The translations under genes were made by a program, and so were the position numbers. Positions 43,931 to 53,566 of a stretch of DNA of 64,000 bases are shown one piece after another (positions within the stretch are counted from its first letter, which is position 1; every line of letters begins with the position of its first letter). Source of the stretch: Myxococcota bacterium. GTDB taxonomy: Bacteria > Myxococcota_A > UBA9042 > PHBI01 > JAWLBL01. The notes beneath the pieces are model-generated. The model searched no databases, had not been told where the DNA came from, and worked only from the letters and a program-made list of their open reading frames with translations. The stretch lies in the NCBI GenBank assembly GCA_041687695.1, contig JAWLBL010000015.1:140589-204588 (forward strand), written 5' to 3'.

Positions 43931-44602
43931 TCAGAGGCCGAGGAAGCGGCGCCAGTCGAGGGCGCGGAGCTCGCCGCGGGCCTCGTTGGCGACGGCGACG
44001 ATCACCCAGCGGCCGCCGGGCGTGGTGTAGACGCCGTCGAGGCGCCACTCGCCCTCGCGCTCGCTGGGCGGCTCGAGGGTGAAGACCCGCGCCGCGGCGT
44101 AGCCGGGGGCGCGCAGCATGACGTCGCGGGTGCCCGGGGGCTGGGTGAAGGCCAGCTCGGCGCCCGGGGCGGGGCGGGCGAGGTAGCCGCCCTCGATGGG
44201 GTCGCCGGCGTCGCAGCGGAGCAGGGCTTCAGAGGTGACGAGGGCGTTGATGTCGGGCAGGCGGGCCTGCACGGCGGCGCGGACCTGCTGCTCGAGGGGT
44301 GGGCGGCCCTCGGCGGCGGCGGCATCGACGACCTCGAGGACCTCGCCGGCTTCACCGGTGGCGGCGGCGTAGCGGAGGACGGCGACGCGGGCGGCGGTCG
44401 GGGCCTCGTCGGGGCCGGCGGGGCCGAAGGTGGTCGTCTGGTCCAGCATGTAGACGGTGGACTGATCGGGCGTGAAGCCGATGCAGGGGCCGGCGGCGGC
44501 GTAGGGAGGCGCGGGGGGCGGCGGGCCGGCGTCGCCGATGCGGGGCGGGGCGCTGCAGGCGGCGAGGGCCAGGGCGGCGAAGGCGGGGGGGAGGAGGCGC
44601 AT
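43931..44602 (-). CDS. Hypothetical lipoprotein
   Basis: AGGAG RBS, lipobox LAAC, coding-like GC3. Confidence 0.65.
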   Translation of the reverse strand: MRLLPPAFAALALAACSAPPRIGDAGPPPPAPPYAAAGPCIGFTPDQSTVYMLDQTTTFGPAGPDEAPTAARVAVLRYAAATGEAGEVLEVVDAAAAEGRPPLEQQVRAAVQARLPDINALVTSEALLRCDAGDPIEGGYLARPAPGAELAFTQPPGTRDVMLRAPGYAAARVFTLEPPSEREGEWRLDGVYTTPGGRWVIVAVANEARGELRALDWRRFLGL

Positions 44603-44725
44603 GGGGGCTCCTGGGGGCGCGGAGTGGGGGAGGGCGACGGGAGGGTAGCGGGGCGGGGGCGGGCGGGCAACGCGGCGGGCGGACGGCGGATTGCGCTGGC
44701 GGCGCGGGGTGGGCTATGACGGGCC

Positions 44726-45565
44726 ATGGCCGGTGACGCCCTGCTGAGACAGCTGCTCGCGTGTGTGGAGGCCGGGACGCCGTGCGCGACGGCGACCATC
44801 GTGGCCAGCAAGGGGTCCGTCCCGAACGAGGTCGGGGCCAAGATGCTGGTCGGGGCCGGCGGGGCGCTGCTGGGCGGGACGGTGGGCGGCGGGGCCATCG
44901 AGCACCGGGTGCTGGCGCTGGCGGGGCAGGCGCTGGCCGAGGGGCGCAGCCGGCTGGTCGAGGCGCGGCTGACGGAGGCCGAGGCCGGGGGCATCGGGAT
45001 GATGTGCGGGGGGCAGGTGCAGGTCTTCGTCGAGGTGCATCGGCCGCCGCCGCGGCTGGTGCTGCTGGGGGCCGGCCACATCAACGTGCAGCTGGCGCGG
45101 CTGGGCGAGCCGCTGGGCTTTCGGGTGACGGTGGTCGACGACCGCGAGGACTGGGCCAGCGCCGAGCTGTACCCGAAGGCGGAGCGGGTGGTGGCGCGGC
45201 CCGAGGAGGCGCTGGCCGGGCTGGGGCTGGACCGCGAGAGCTACGTGGTCATCGGAACGCGCGACCGAGACGCCGAGGCGCTGGTGGCGGCGGCCCGGAC
45301 GGCGGCCTGCTACATCGGGCTGGTCGCCAGCAAGCGCAAGGCGATCCGCATCGTCAAGGAGGTCGCGGACCGCGTGGATCTCGACGCGCTGGTGCCGCGG
45401 CTGCGGTCGCCCGTGGGGCTGGATCTCGGGGGGCGCTCGCCCGAGGCCATCGCGTTGAGCGTGATGGCCGAGATCCAGGCGCACCGACATGGCCGTGACG
45501 GGCGGCCGATGACCGTCGACCCGGAGCGCCTGTGGGAGCTGCTGCCCGCGACTGCGCGGCGCTGA
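44726..45565 (+). CDS. xdhC: XdhC/CoxI molybdenum cofactor insertion chaperone
   Basis: GSVP..GAKMLV, GTVGGG, GMMCGG, LGAGH, YIGLVASKRK, PVGLDLGG..PEAIALS. Confidence 0.88.
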   Translation: MAGDALLRQLLACVEAGTPCATATIVASKGSVPNEVGAKMLVGAGGALLGGTVGGGAIEHRVLALAGQALAEGRSRLVEARLTEAEAGGIGMMCGGQVQVFVEVHRPPPRLVLLGAGHINVQLARLGEPLGFRVTVVDDREDWASAELYPKAERVVARPEEALAGLGLDRESYVVIGTRDRDAEALVAAARTAACYIGLVASKRKAIRIVKEVADRVDLDALVPRLRSPVGLDLGGRSPEAIALSVMAEIQAHRHGRDGRPMTVDPERLWELLPATARR

Positions 45566-46146
45566 TCACCGCCGCCGGGCGCTCCGAGCGGATGGGGCGG
45601 CCCAAGGCCCTGCTCGCCTGGGGCGGCCGCACGCTGCTGGCGCATCAGTGCCAGGTCCTGAGCGAGGCGCCGGCCGCCTTCGGGCAGGTCGTGGTCGTCC
45701 TGGGGCACGACGCGGACCGGCTGCGCGCCGAGGCCGGCCTGCCGCCACGGGTCGAGGTCGTGGTCAACGCGCGCTGGGCCGAGGGCCGCAGCGCCTCGCT
45801 CGAGGCCGGCGCGGCGGCCATCGCCCCGGACCGGCAGGCCGTGCTCGTCGCCGCGGTCGACCAGCCGCTCGAGCGCTCGGTGGTGCAGGCGCTGCTCGTC
45901 GCCTTCGACCCGGCGACCCACGCCGCCGCGGTCCCGACCTTCGACGGCCGCCGCGGACACCCCCTGCTGCTGTCCGCCCGCCTGCTGCCCGACCTCGCCC
46001 GCGTCTCCGCCCTGGCCGAAGGCCTGCGCACCCTGGTCCGCGCCCACGCCGCCGCCACCCTGTTCGTCCCGGTCGCCTCCCCGTCGATTCACCTCGACCT
46101 CAACACCCCCGAGGCCCTGGCCCAGGCCCGCTCCGAGCGACGGTGA
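45532..46146 (+). CDS. mocA: Molybdenum cofactor cytidylyltransferase (MocA-like)
   Basis: AAGRSERMGRPKALL, VDQP, GHP, DLNTPE. Start is approximate. Confidence 0.8.
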   Translation: MGAAARDCAALITAAGRSERMGRPKALLAWGGRTLLAHQCQVLSEAPAAFGQVVVVLGHDADRLRAEAGLPPRVEVVVNARWAEGRSASLEAGAAAIAPDRQAVLVAAVDQPLERSVVQALLVAFDPATHAAAVPTFDGRRGHPLLLSARLLPDLARVSALAEGLRTLVRAHAAATLFVPVASPSIHLDLNTPEALAQARSERR

Positions 46147-46215
46147 GTCCCGGTCAGGTGCGTTTGCGGGCTCGGGTGGCTATCCTTTCGTCGCGACCCC
46201 GACCGTGGAGACCCC

Positions 46216-46827
46216 ATGAGCACGCACCCCGATTTCCACCGCCGGCCCGCGAACTACGAAGATCTGAAAGGCGTCCCCGATCACCTGGTCGCGGAGCTCG
46301 TCGATGGCGAGTTGATCGTGAGCCCCCGCCCGGCGCTACCGCACGCGCAGGCGAGCTCGGTGATCGGCAGCGACCTCCTCTCTGCGTTCCACCGTCGCGC
46401 TGGAGGCCCCGGTGGGCCCGGCGGCTGGTGGATTCTGGACGAACCCGAGCTGCACTTCGGGCGTGACGTCCTCGTGCCCGACCTGGCCGGCTGGCGCCGT
46501 GAGCGCTTGCCGCGCGTCCCTGACGAAGCGTTCATGACGCTCGCCCCCGACTGGGTCTGCGAGGTGGTCTCGCCCTCGACCGTCCGCCTCGACCGCGTCC
46601 GCAAGACGCATGTGTATGCGCGTGAAGGCGTTCGCCATCTGTGGCTGGTCGACCCAATCGCCCGCACCGTCGAGGTGTACCGACTCGAGGGCGAGCACTA
46701 CTCGCTCCAGGGCGTCCTGACCGACGAACCCACCGCGCGCATCGAGCCGTTCGAGACGGTCGCGCTGTACCTGCCGCGGTGGTGGGGCGAGGACGGCGAG
46801 CCGCCCGAAGAGGCACCCGCGGACTGA
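46216..46827 (+). CDS. Uma2 family (DUF820) PD-(D/E)xK-like protein
   Basis: ELVDGEL..SPRP...H, GGWWILDEPELH, VPDLAGWR, PDWVCEVVSPST, WLVDP. Confidence 0.9.
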   Translation: MSTHPDFHRRPANYEDLKGVPDHLVAELVDGELIVSPRPALPHAQASSVIGSDLLSAFHRRAGGPGGPGGWWILDEPELHFGRDVLVPDLAGWRRERLPRVPDEAFMTLAPDWVCEVVSPSTVRLDRVRKTHVYAREGVRHLWLVDPIARTVEVYRLEGEHYSLQGVLTDEPTARIEPFETVALYLPRWWGEDGEPPEEAPAD

Positions 46828-46828
46828 C

Positions 46829-47515
46829 TCAGACGGCCTCGGCCGCCAGCGGCGCCGCCGGCCGCATCCAGTCGCGCCAGGGGCCCTGCAGCGTCAGCAC
46901 CTGAGCGGCGAGTCGCTCGAGGTCCGGGTCGACGATGCCGTGCGCCAGCAGCGTCGCGCGCACGTCCTCGAGGTAGCGCAGGCCCAGCGGCCGCGGCTGG
47001 GCCACCCGCGGAGTGGCGGCGGCCAGGATGGCGGCGCGATCGGCCAGCGGCACCGACGCCGGCAGGTGCCAGCGCGCGTCGGGCGCCTCGTTGGACAGCC
47101 AGGTCCACGCCGTCAGCGCCGGGCCGCCGCCCAGTGGCTCGACCCGCACCTCGGCCCGCACGTAGCCGCAGTCCTCGAGCCGCGCCTCGGGGTCATAGCC
47201 CTCGCGCGCGTCGGTCGCGGCCAGCACCTCGCCGGCCAGCGTGGCCGGATAACTCAGCACCAGCCCCACCATCGCGGACCCGGCGGCGACCTCGGTCCCC
47301 AGGGCCAGCGAGTCGCGATGCCCGCCCCGCTCGAACCCCAGCGGGCCAGCCGCGGCGCACGCCACCTCGGCCCGGCACCCGCGCGCCGCGCTGCGCTTGT
47401 TGAAGGCCCGCCGCACCCCTCTCAGCCGCGCCGGCGTCCGCACGGCCACCGCCTCGGGCCGCTCGGGGTGCGACATCAAGGACCCATAACCGAACAGATG
47501 TACCAGCGCGCTCAT
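46829..47515 (-). CDS. Gamma-glutamylcyclotransferase (ChaC-like) protein
   Basis: N-terminal LFGYGSLM, DAREGY, RYLEDV. Confidence 0.65.
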   Translation of the reverse strand: MSALVHLFGYGSLMSHPERPEAVAVRTPARLRGVRRAFNKRSAARGCRAEVACAAAGPLGFERGGHRDSLALGTEVAAGSAMVGLVLSYPATLAGEVLAATDAREGYDPEARLEDCGYVRAEVRVEPLGGGPALTAWTWLSNEAPDARWHLPASVPLADRAAILAAATPRVAQPRPLGLRYLEDVRATLLAHGIVDPDLERLAAQVLTLQGPWRDWMRPAAPLAAEAV

Positions 47516-47566
47516 GGACAGGCACCCTGCCACGCCCCGCCGGGTCGACCAAGGCCGCGGCGACCG

Positions 47567-48442
47567 TCAGGCGCCGCCGGCCAGGACCCGCAGGAACTGC
47601 TCGAGCAGGTTGCCGGTCACCTCGGCCCGGTACTCGCGGGTCGAGCGGATGTCGTCGATGGGCGTCGCCTCGGTCAGGATGGCGGCGCGCGCGGCGTGGG
47701 CCAGGGTCGCGTCGGACAGGCGGCGGCCGGTCAGGACGGCCTCGGTGGCCGGGCAGCGCAGCGGGACGGGCGCGACCGAGCCCAGGCCGATGCGCACCTC
47801 GGCGATGAGGTCGCCTTGCAGGCGCGCGGCGCCGGCGAAGCACACCTTGCTGATGGACTGGGCCTTGCGCGTCCCGACCTTGCGGTAGCAGTGCACCCAG
47901 CCGGGGGCGGCGTGGCGCGGCAGGTGGACGGCCGTCAGCAGCTCGTCCGGCGCGCGGTCCATCTGCTTGTAGCCGCGGTGAAAGGCGGCGTAGGGGACGC
48001 GCCGCGTGCCGCGGACCGAGGCCAGCTCGACCTCGGCGCCGTAGGCCAGCAGCGCGGGCGGGGTGTCGGCGGCCGGCGAGGCGTTGACGATGTTGCCGCC
48101 GACCGTGCCGCGGTTCTGGATGGCCGCCGCGCCGGTCTCGCGCGCGGCGAGGCCCAGCATCGGAAGCTCGGCGGCGAGCACCGGGTGCGCCAGCACGTCG
48201 GCATAGGTCGTCAGCGCGCCCAGCGTCACCGCGTCGTCGGAGACCGTGACGCCCCGCAGCTCGCGCAGGCCCCAGATGTTCAAGAAGCGGCCCGGCGGCA
48301 GGTGCCCGGCCTCGAGCAACACCATCAGATCCGTCCCGCCGGCCAGCGGGCGCAGCGCGGCGCCCTCGGCGTGCAGGCGCTCGAGCGCCCCGGCCAGGTC
48401 GGTCGCGGTCTCGACGTCGTACGAGGGGACGTGGGCTCTCAT
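47567..48442 (-). CDS. Xanthine dehydrogenase family FAD-binding subunit
   Basis: LAGGTDL, IQNRGTVGGNIVNASPAAD, KVGTRKAQSISK, PIDDIRST. Confidence 0.9.
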   Translation of the reverse strand: MRAHVPSYDVETATDLAGALERLHAEGAALRPLAGGTDLMVLLEAGHLPPGRFLNIWGLRELRGVTVSDDAVTLGALTTYADVLAHPVLAAELPMLGLAARETGAAAIQNRGTVGGNIVNASPAADTPPALLAYGAEVELASVRGTRRVPYAAFHRGYKQMDRAPDELLTAVHLPRHAAPGWVHCYRKVGTRKAQSISKVCFAGAARLQGDLIAEVRIGLGSVAPVPLRCPATEAVLTGRRLSDATLAHAARAAILTEATPIDDIRSTREYRAEVTGNLLEQFLRVLAGGA

Positions 48443-48951
48443 ACCTCGGCCTCCTCGCGGGCCACGGCCTCCGGCGCCGCGGCCAGCTCGGCCGCCGCCT
48501 CCCGCACCGCCTGCACGATGCGCACGTAGCCCGTGCACCGGCACAGGTTGCCGCCCAGCGCCTCGCGGATGCGGGCGTCGCTCGGCCGCGCCTCCTCGCG
48601 CAGCAGCGCCACCGTGGCCATCAGCATCCCCGGCGTGCAGATGCCGCACTGCGCCCCGTTGGCCCGCACGAACGCCTGCCGCAGCGGCTCGACCGCCGCG
48701 TCCTCGGCCAGCCCCTCGACCGTCTGCACCGAGCAGCCCGCGACCTGCACCACCGGCACCAGGCACGCGTTGACCAGCACGCCGTCGACCAGCACCGAGC
48801 ACGCGCCGCACTCGCCCTCGCCGCAGCCCTCCTTGGTCCCGGTCAGCCCGACCTCGGTCCGCAGCACGTCCAGCAGCCGCCCCATCGGCCACGTCTTGAC
48901 GGCCACCTCGCGGCCGTTCACCTCGAATCGCACCTCGGTCCGCTCACCCAC
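48439..48951 (-). CDS. Xanthine dehydrogenase family 2Fe-2S subunit
   Basis: GTKEGCGEGECGAC, QCGICTPG, GNLCRCTGY. Confidence 0.92.
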   Translation of the reverse strand: MGERTEVRFEVNGREVAVKTWPMGRLLDVLRTEVGLTGTKEGCGEGECGACSVLVDGVLVNACLVPVVQVAGCSVQTVEGLAEDAAVEPLRQAFVRANGAQCGICTPGMLMATVALLREEARPSDARIREALGGNLCRCTGYVRIVQAVREAAAELAAAPEAVAREEAEV

Positions 48952-51286
48952 GCGCCGCCTCCGCCTGCTTGACCGCCCGCATCAACCGCTCGGGCGTCAC
49001 CGGGATGGCGTCCACCGCCACCCCCAGCGCGTCCTCGATGGCGTTCACGATGGCCGGCGCCGGGCCGTCCATCGGCAGCTCCCCCACGCCCTTGGCCCCC
49101 GCTGGCCCGTGCTCGTACGGCACCGGCTGAAAGAACACCCGCAGGTCGGGCAGATCCATCGCCGTCGGCATGATGTAGTTGGTCATGCGCCCGTTCGCCA
49201 TCCGGCCGTCCTTCCAGACGACCTCCTCGCTCAGCGCCCACCCGATGCCCTGCGCCACGCCGCCCTCGACCTGCCCGGCCGCCAGCACCGGGTGGATGAC
49301 CGTCCCGATGTCCTGCACGGCGACGAAGTCCTCGACCCGCGTCTCCCAGGTCACCGTGTCCACCGCGACCGCCGCCACGTAGCACGCCCACCCGTACGAT
49401 CCATAGGCCGACCCGCGATAGGTCGCGTCGTCCCACACCACCCCCGGCGGCGCCTTGTACTCGCTGGCCGCCAGCAGCCGCCCGCGGCTCGCGTGCCACG
49501 CCGCGCACGCCTCGGCGAACTGCTCGGGCGTGTACTCGCGGCCCAGCAGCCCCTCGGCCTGCAGCTTGTCGCGCAGCCCCAGCGCCGCCCGCTCGACCAG
49601 CTTGCCCACCACCATCGTCGTCCGCGACGCCACCGTCGGCCCGCTGTCGGGCACCGCCGCCGTGTCCGGCTGCGCCACGTCGACCCACTCGTACGGCAGC
49701 CCCAGCGCGTCCGACGCCACCTGCGAGAAGATGGTGTTGGTCCCCTGGCCGATCTCGGTCGACGCGGCCAGCACCACCACCCGGCCCTCGGCCGTCGCCT
49801 CGGCGTGCACCACCGACGCCAGGTAGCTCTCGCCCGACCCGGTGAAGCCCGACCCGTGGAAGAAGGTCGCCAGCCCCAGCCCCTTCAAGACCGTCTGCCC
49901 CGGCACGGCGTTGTGCTCGGCGTACGCGCGCTTGCGCTCGTCCCAGCGCGCCTCGTCCATCGCCATCCGCATCATGCGCGGCAGGTCGATGCGCTCGGTC
50001 ACCGTCTGCCCGGTCGCCGTCGTGTCGCCCTCGTTCAGCAGGTTCCGCCGCCGCAGCGCCTCGGGCGTCATCCCCAGCGCCTTGGCCACCTTGTCCAGGT
50101 GCCGCTCCACCGCGAAGATCGACTGCGGCGCCCCGAACCCGCGGAACGCCCCGTGCGGCGGCAGGTTCGTCGCCACCGCCCGCGACGTCACCCGCACGTG
50201 CGGCACCCGGTACGGCCCCGCCGCGTGGATGGTCCCGCGCGACAGCACCACCGCCGACAGCGTCGCGTAGGCCCCGCCGTCCAGCACGAAGTCGATGTCC
50301 ATCGCCAGCAGCTCGCCGTCCCGCGTCACCAGCGTCCGGTGCCGCGTCCGCGAGGGGTGCCGCTTGGTCGTCGCGACCATGTCCTCGGCCCGGTCGTAGA
50401 TGAGCTTGACCGGCCGCCCGCCCGCCTTCCACGACAGCAGCGCCGCGTGCCCGGCGATCATCGACGGGTACTCCTCCTTGCCGCCGAACCCGCCGCCGGT
50501 CGTCATCTGCACGACCCGCACCTGCTCCTCGGGCAGGCCGAACATCGGCACCAGCGCCTTGTGCACGTAGTACGGGCACTGCAGCGAGCCCCACACCGTC
50601 ACGCCCTGCCCGGGCGCCGCCACCGCGATCATCCCCTGCGGCTCGATGTACAGCTGCTCCTGCGCCCCCGTCTCGTAGACGCCCTCGACCACCACCACGT
50701 CGTCGCGCCCGGCCGCCGCCGCAAAGGCCGCGTCCACGTCGCCCTTGGCCAGGTCGATGCGCTTGAGGACGTTGTCGTCGCCCCAGATCACCGTCTCGGC
50801 CGCCAGCGCCGCGTCGATGTCCAGCACCGCCGGCAGCGGCTCGATCTCCAGCCGCACGTGCCGCCGCGCCTCCTCGACGTACCAGCGGTCCGGGTGCGCC
50901 AGCAGGACCACCGCCTCCTCGGGGTGGTTGACCACGCCGTCGGCCAGCACCGGCTGGTCCTCGAGGATGAGCGTCACCAGGTTGCGCGCCGGCACGTCCG
51001 CGGCCGTGACCACGACCACCTCGGACCAGTCGAAGGCCGGGTCGTAGTGCACGCCCACGATCCGCCCGCGCGCCACCGGCGAGCGCACCGTCGCGCCGTA
51101 CAGCATCCCGTCCATCACCACGTCGTCGACGTAGCGCGCCGCGCCCGTGACCTTCCCGCGGCCCTCCTTGCGCGGGACGTTGGCCCCGATGCTCGGGCCG
51201 CCCACCGGCGGCCGCTCCGCGCGCCCGACCGGCGCCTCCTCCAACCCTGCCGCCACCTGGACCCCCTCGCTCGTCGGTTCGTCCAC
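48944..51286 (-). CDS. Xanthine dehydrogenase family molybdopterin-binding subunit
   Basis: KVTGAARYVDD, GGGFGGKE, AFRGFG, EIGQG, GQVEGG, KGVGE. Confidence 0.92.
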   Translation of the reverse strand: MDEPTSEGVQVAAGLEEAPVGRAERPPVGGPSIGANVPRKEGRGKVTGAARYVDDVVMDGMLYGATVRSPVARGRIVGVHYDPAFDWSEVVVVTAADVPARNLVTLILEDQPVLADGVVNHPEEAVVLLAHPDRWYVEEARRHVRLEIEPLPAVLDIDAALAAETVIWGDDNVLKRIDLAKGDVDAAFAAAAGRDDVVVVEGVYETGAQEQLYIEPQGMIAVAAPGQGVTVWGSLQCPYYVHKALVPMFGLPEEQVRVVQMTTGGGFGGKEEYPSMIAGHAALLSWKAGGRPVKLIYDRAEDMVATTKRHPSRTRHRTLVTRDGELLAMDIDFVLDGGAYATLSAVVLSRGTIHAAGPYRVPHVRVTSRAVATNLPPHGAFRGFGAPQSIFAVERHLDKVAKALGMTPEALRRRNLLNEGDTTATGQTVTERIDLPRMMRMAMDEARWDERKRAYAEHNAVPGQTVLKGLGLATFFHGSGFTGSGESYLASVVHAEATAEGRVVVLAASTEIGQGTNTIFSQVASDALGLPYEWVDVAQPDTAAVPDSGPTVASRTTMVVGKLVERAALGLRDKLQAEGLLGREYTPEQFAEACAAWHASRGRLLAASEYKAPPGVVWDDATYRGSAYGSYGWACYVAAVAVDTVTWETRVEDFVAVQDIGTVIHPVLAAGQVEGGVAQGIGWALSEEVVWKDGRMANGRMTNYIMPTAMDLPDLRVFFQPVPYEHGPAGAKGVGELPMDGPAPAIVNAIEDALGVAVDAIPVTPERLMRAVKQAEAARG

Positions 51287-51446
51287 CTCCGGCCTAACCC
51301 GGCGCCCGCGCGGGTGTCAATCGGCCCGCCGCCGATCCTCCGCCGCCGCACCGCCCCGCCCTCAAGCGGGTCGCGGACTTGTGCCCCCGCCCCGACCTGC
51401 TACATTCCCCCGCCGCGCGCCGACGGGCGCCCCCAGGAGCCTCGCC

Positions 51447-51965
51447 ATGACCTCGTCCAAGCCCGCCCCGCCGACCGACGCCGCCCACGACGTCGCCAGC
51501 GACCTACGCCACCTCGACCGCGCGGTCGCCCTCAGCCGCCAGCACATGGAGCGCGGCGCCGGCGGCCCCTTCGGCGCCGTCGTGGTCCTCGACGGCCGCG
51601 TGGTGGGCGAGGGCTGGAACCAGGTCACCTCGACCTGCGACCCCACCGCCCACGCCGAGGTGGTCGCCATCCGCGACGCCTGCCGCAACCTGAACACCCA
51701 CAGCCTCGCCGGCGCCGTCATCTACTCCAGCTGCGAGCCCTGCCCCATGTGCCTCGCGGCCATCCTGTGGGCCCGCTGCGACCGCCTGGTCTACGCCAAC
51801 ACCCGCCAGGACGCCGCCGCCATCGGCTTCGACGACGAGGCCTTCTACCGCGAGGTCGCCCTGCCGCCCGAGGCGCGCCAGCTGGCCTGCCACCGCCTCG
51901 AGAGCCCCGCCGCCCTGGCCGTCTTCCAGGACTGGACCCGCAAGGCCGACAAGGTCGCCTACTGA
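51447..51965 (+). CDS. guaD: Nucleoside/guanine deaminase (cytidine deaminase-like fold)
   Basis: GGPFGAVV, DPTAHAEV, SCEPCPMC, GFDD. Divergent from the xdh genes. Confidence 0.8.
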   Translation: MTSSKPAPPTDAAHDVASDLRHLDRAVALSRQHMERGAGGPFGAVVVLDGRVVGEGWNQVTSTCDPTAHAEVVAIRDACRNLNTHSLAGAVIYSSCEPCPMCLAAILWARCDRLVYANTRQDAAAIGFDDEAFYREVALPPEARQLACHRLESPAALAVFQDWTRKADKVAY

Positions 51966-51987
51966 GCCCGGCCCGGACGGGCCACGC

Positions 51988-53427
51988 TCACGGCTTGCTC
52001 AGCGTCACCTCGTCGAGCACCTCGGCCCCCTCGCCGTCCCACGCGGTCAGGGTCACCGTCTTGCCGTCGACCTTCATCCGCACGTAGTTGCGCTTGTCGC
52101 CGTGGTGGCTCACCGCCGTCCACCACTCCTGCCCGTTCTTGTAGGGCGGCGCGAAGAACGACCCGGCGACCACGTAGGTCACGCCCTCGCCGGCGCCGAC
52201 CACCTCGCCGCCCCTCACCGGGTGCGAGCGCTCGTAGTTGTGGTCGTGCCCCGAGAAGACCAGATCCACGCCGTGCTGCTCGAACAGCGGCACCCAGTGC
52301 GCCTGCAGCCGCTCGGTCGACCCGTGCTTGCTGGCCGAGTAGGGCGCGTGGTGCATCGTCGCCACGATCCAGTCGATGTCCGGGTCCGCCTTGGCCGCCG
52401 CCAGGTCCGCCTCGAGCCAGGCCACCTGGTCCTCGACCAGCTCGGTCGAGTTCGAGTTCAGCCCGATGAAGTGGACGTTGCCGTAGTCGAGGGACCACGC
52501 GTTCTCTTGCAGCTCCTCGGGCAGGTCGACCTCGCGCGGCAGCGCGAACTGCGCGTAGTACACGTTCGCGAAGACCTCGTGGTTGCCCTGCACCGGCATC
52601 AGGACGCGCTCCGAGACCAGCGGCTCCATCGCGTCCATCCAAGGGTCCCACTCCTCCTGCAGGCCCGACTGGGTCATGTCGCCGTTGAAGATCCAGAAGT
52701 CCGCCGGGATCGCCGCGAAGCGGTCGATGCGCTGCGCGATCTCGTCGTGGCCGCCCCGGCTGTCGCCCGCCAGCACCACCTCGAACGGCTCGCGCTGCCC
52801 CTTGAGCCGCCCCGTCCGGAACGTCCGCGGCTCGCTCAGCGTCGCGTTGGTCAGCGCGCCGGTCGCCGGGTCGTACGCGTCCCAGGTCCCCACCCGGTAG
52901 GTGTACGACGTCTCGGGCTCGAGCCCGGTCGCCTCGACCGTCCACACCACGTAGGTCGTCTCGCCCACCTCGATGCCCAGCAGGCTCTCGCGATACGTCT
53001 CGCCCGTGCCCTCGAGCACCAGCCCGTCCGCGTACGGCAGCTGCCCGCCGTTGGCCTCGACCGCCGCCGTCGGCGCCAGCCACAGCTTCGGCCGGTAGGC
53101 GCCCAGGTCCGTGTCCGCGGTCGACCAGGCCACAGTCATCGTGGTCGCCGGGTCGTTCTGCCAGGTCAGGTGCACGGCCCGCGGCGCCCGCAGCTCGTCG
53201 GCCAGCCACCCACCCACCGGCGCCGAGGGCTCCTTGCCCGGAGCGCCCGCGACGTCCTCGCCGTTGGCGTCCGGCGCCACCAGCAGCGGCGCGTCGCCCA
53301 GCGTCGCCGCGTCCTCTACCGCCGCAGCGTCCTCCGCCGCCGGCTTCGCCGCCTCCTCGCCGCAGCCCGCCGCCGCGAACAGCGCCACCCCGAACCCAAG
53401 CCCACGCACCCAGCCTCTCGACGCCAC
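51988..53427 (-). CDS. Purple acid phosphatase-like metallophosphoesterase lipoprotein with FN3-like domain
   Basis: Lipobox AAGC. HLTW, LEPETSYTYRVG, GDSR, NGDM, GNHE, HH, SGHDHNYER. Start is uncertain. Confidence 0.85.
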   Translation of the reverse strand: MASRGWVRGLGFGVALFAAAGCGEEAAKPAAEDAAAVEDAATLGDAPLLVAPDANGEDVAGAPGKEPSAPVGGWLADELRAPRAVHLTWQNDPATTMTVAWSTADTDLGAYRPKLWLAPTAAVEANGGQLPYADGLVLEGTGETYRESLLGIEVGETTYVVWTVEATGLEPETSYTYRVGTWDAYDPATGALTNATLSEPRTFRTGRLKGQREPFEVVLAGDSRGGHDEIAQRIDRFAAIPADFWIFNGDMTQSGLQEEWDPWMDAMEPLVSERVLMPVQGNHEVFANVYYAQFALPREVDLPEELQENAWSLDYGNVHFIGLNSNSTELVEDQVAWLEADLAAAKADPDIDWIVATMHHAPYSASKHGSTERLQAHWVPLFEQHGVDLVFSGHDHNYERSHPVRGGEVVGAGEGVTYVVAGSFFAPPYKNGQEWWTAVSHHGDKRNYVRMKVDGKTVTLTAWDGEGAEVLDEVTLSKP

Positions 53428-53566
53428 GCGACCTCCTGCGGCCCCCTTCGGGCCTTCCCGCGCGCCATCATCGGCCCCCCGCGCCTCCGCCGCAAGCTGC
53501 GGCTTCACGCTCCCGTCACTCGCGCCCCCCCTCCCTCGACGCGCCGGCTGTGCTAACCTGCTCCCC

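Noticed and set aside
46216..46827. Restriction or anti-phage nuclease system
   Set aside because: A solitary Uma2-family gene with no methylase or other defence genes nearby; such genes are commonly scattered paralogues.
48944..51286. Aerobic CO dehydrogenase large subunit (CoxL)
   Set aside because: The active-site loop is AFRGFG, not AYxCSFR, and the context (guanine deaminase) favours purine hydroxylation.
51287..51446. Purine riboswitch between xdh and the deaminase
   Set aside because: No recognisable purine aptamer core; the region is short and C-rich.
48533..52087. 1184-aa plus-strand ORF
   Set aside because: Arg/Pro/His-rich shadow of the xdh genes on the opposite strand.
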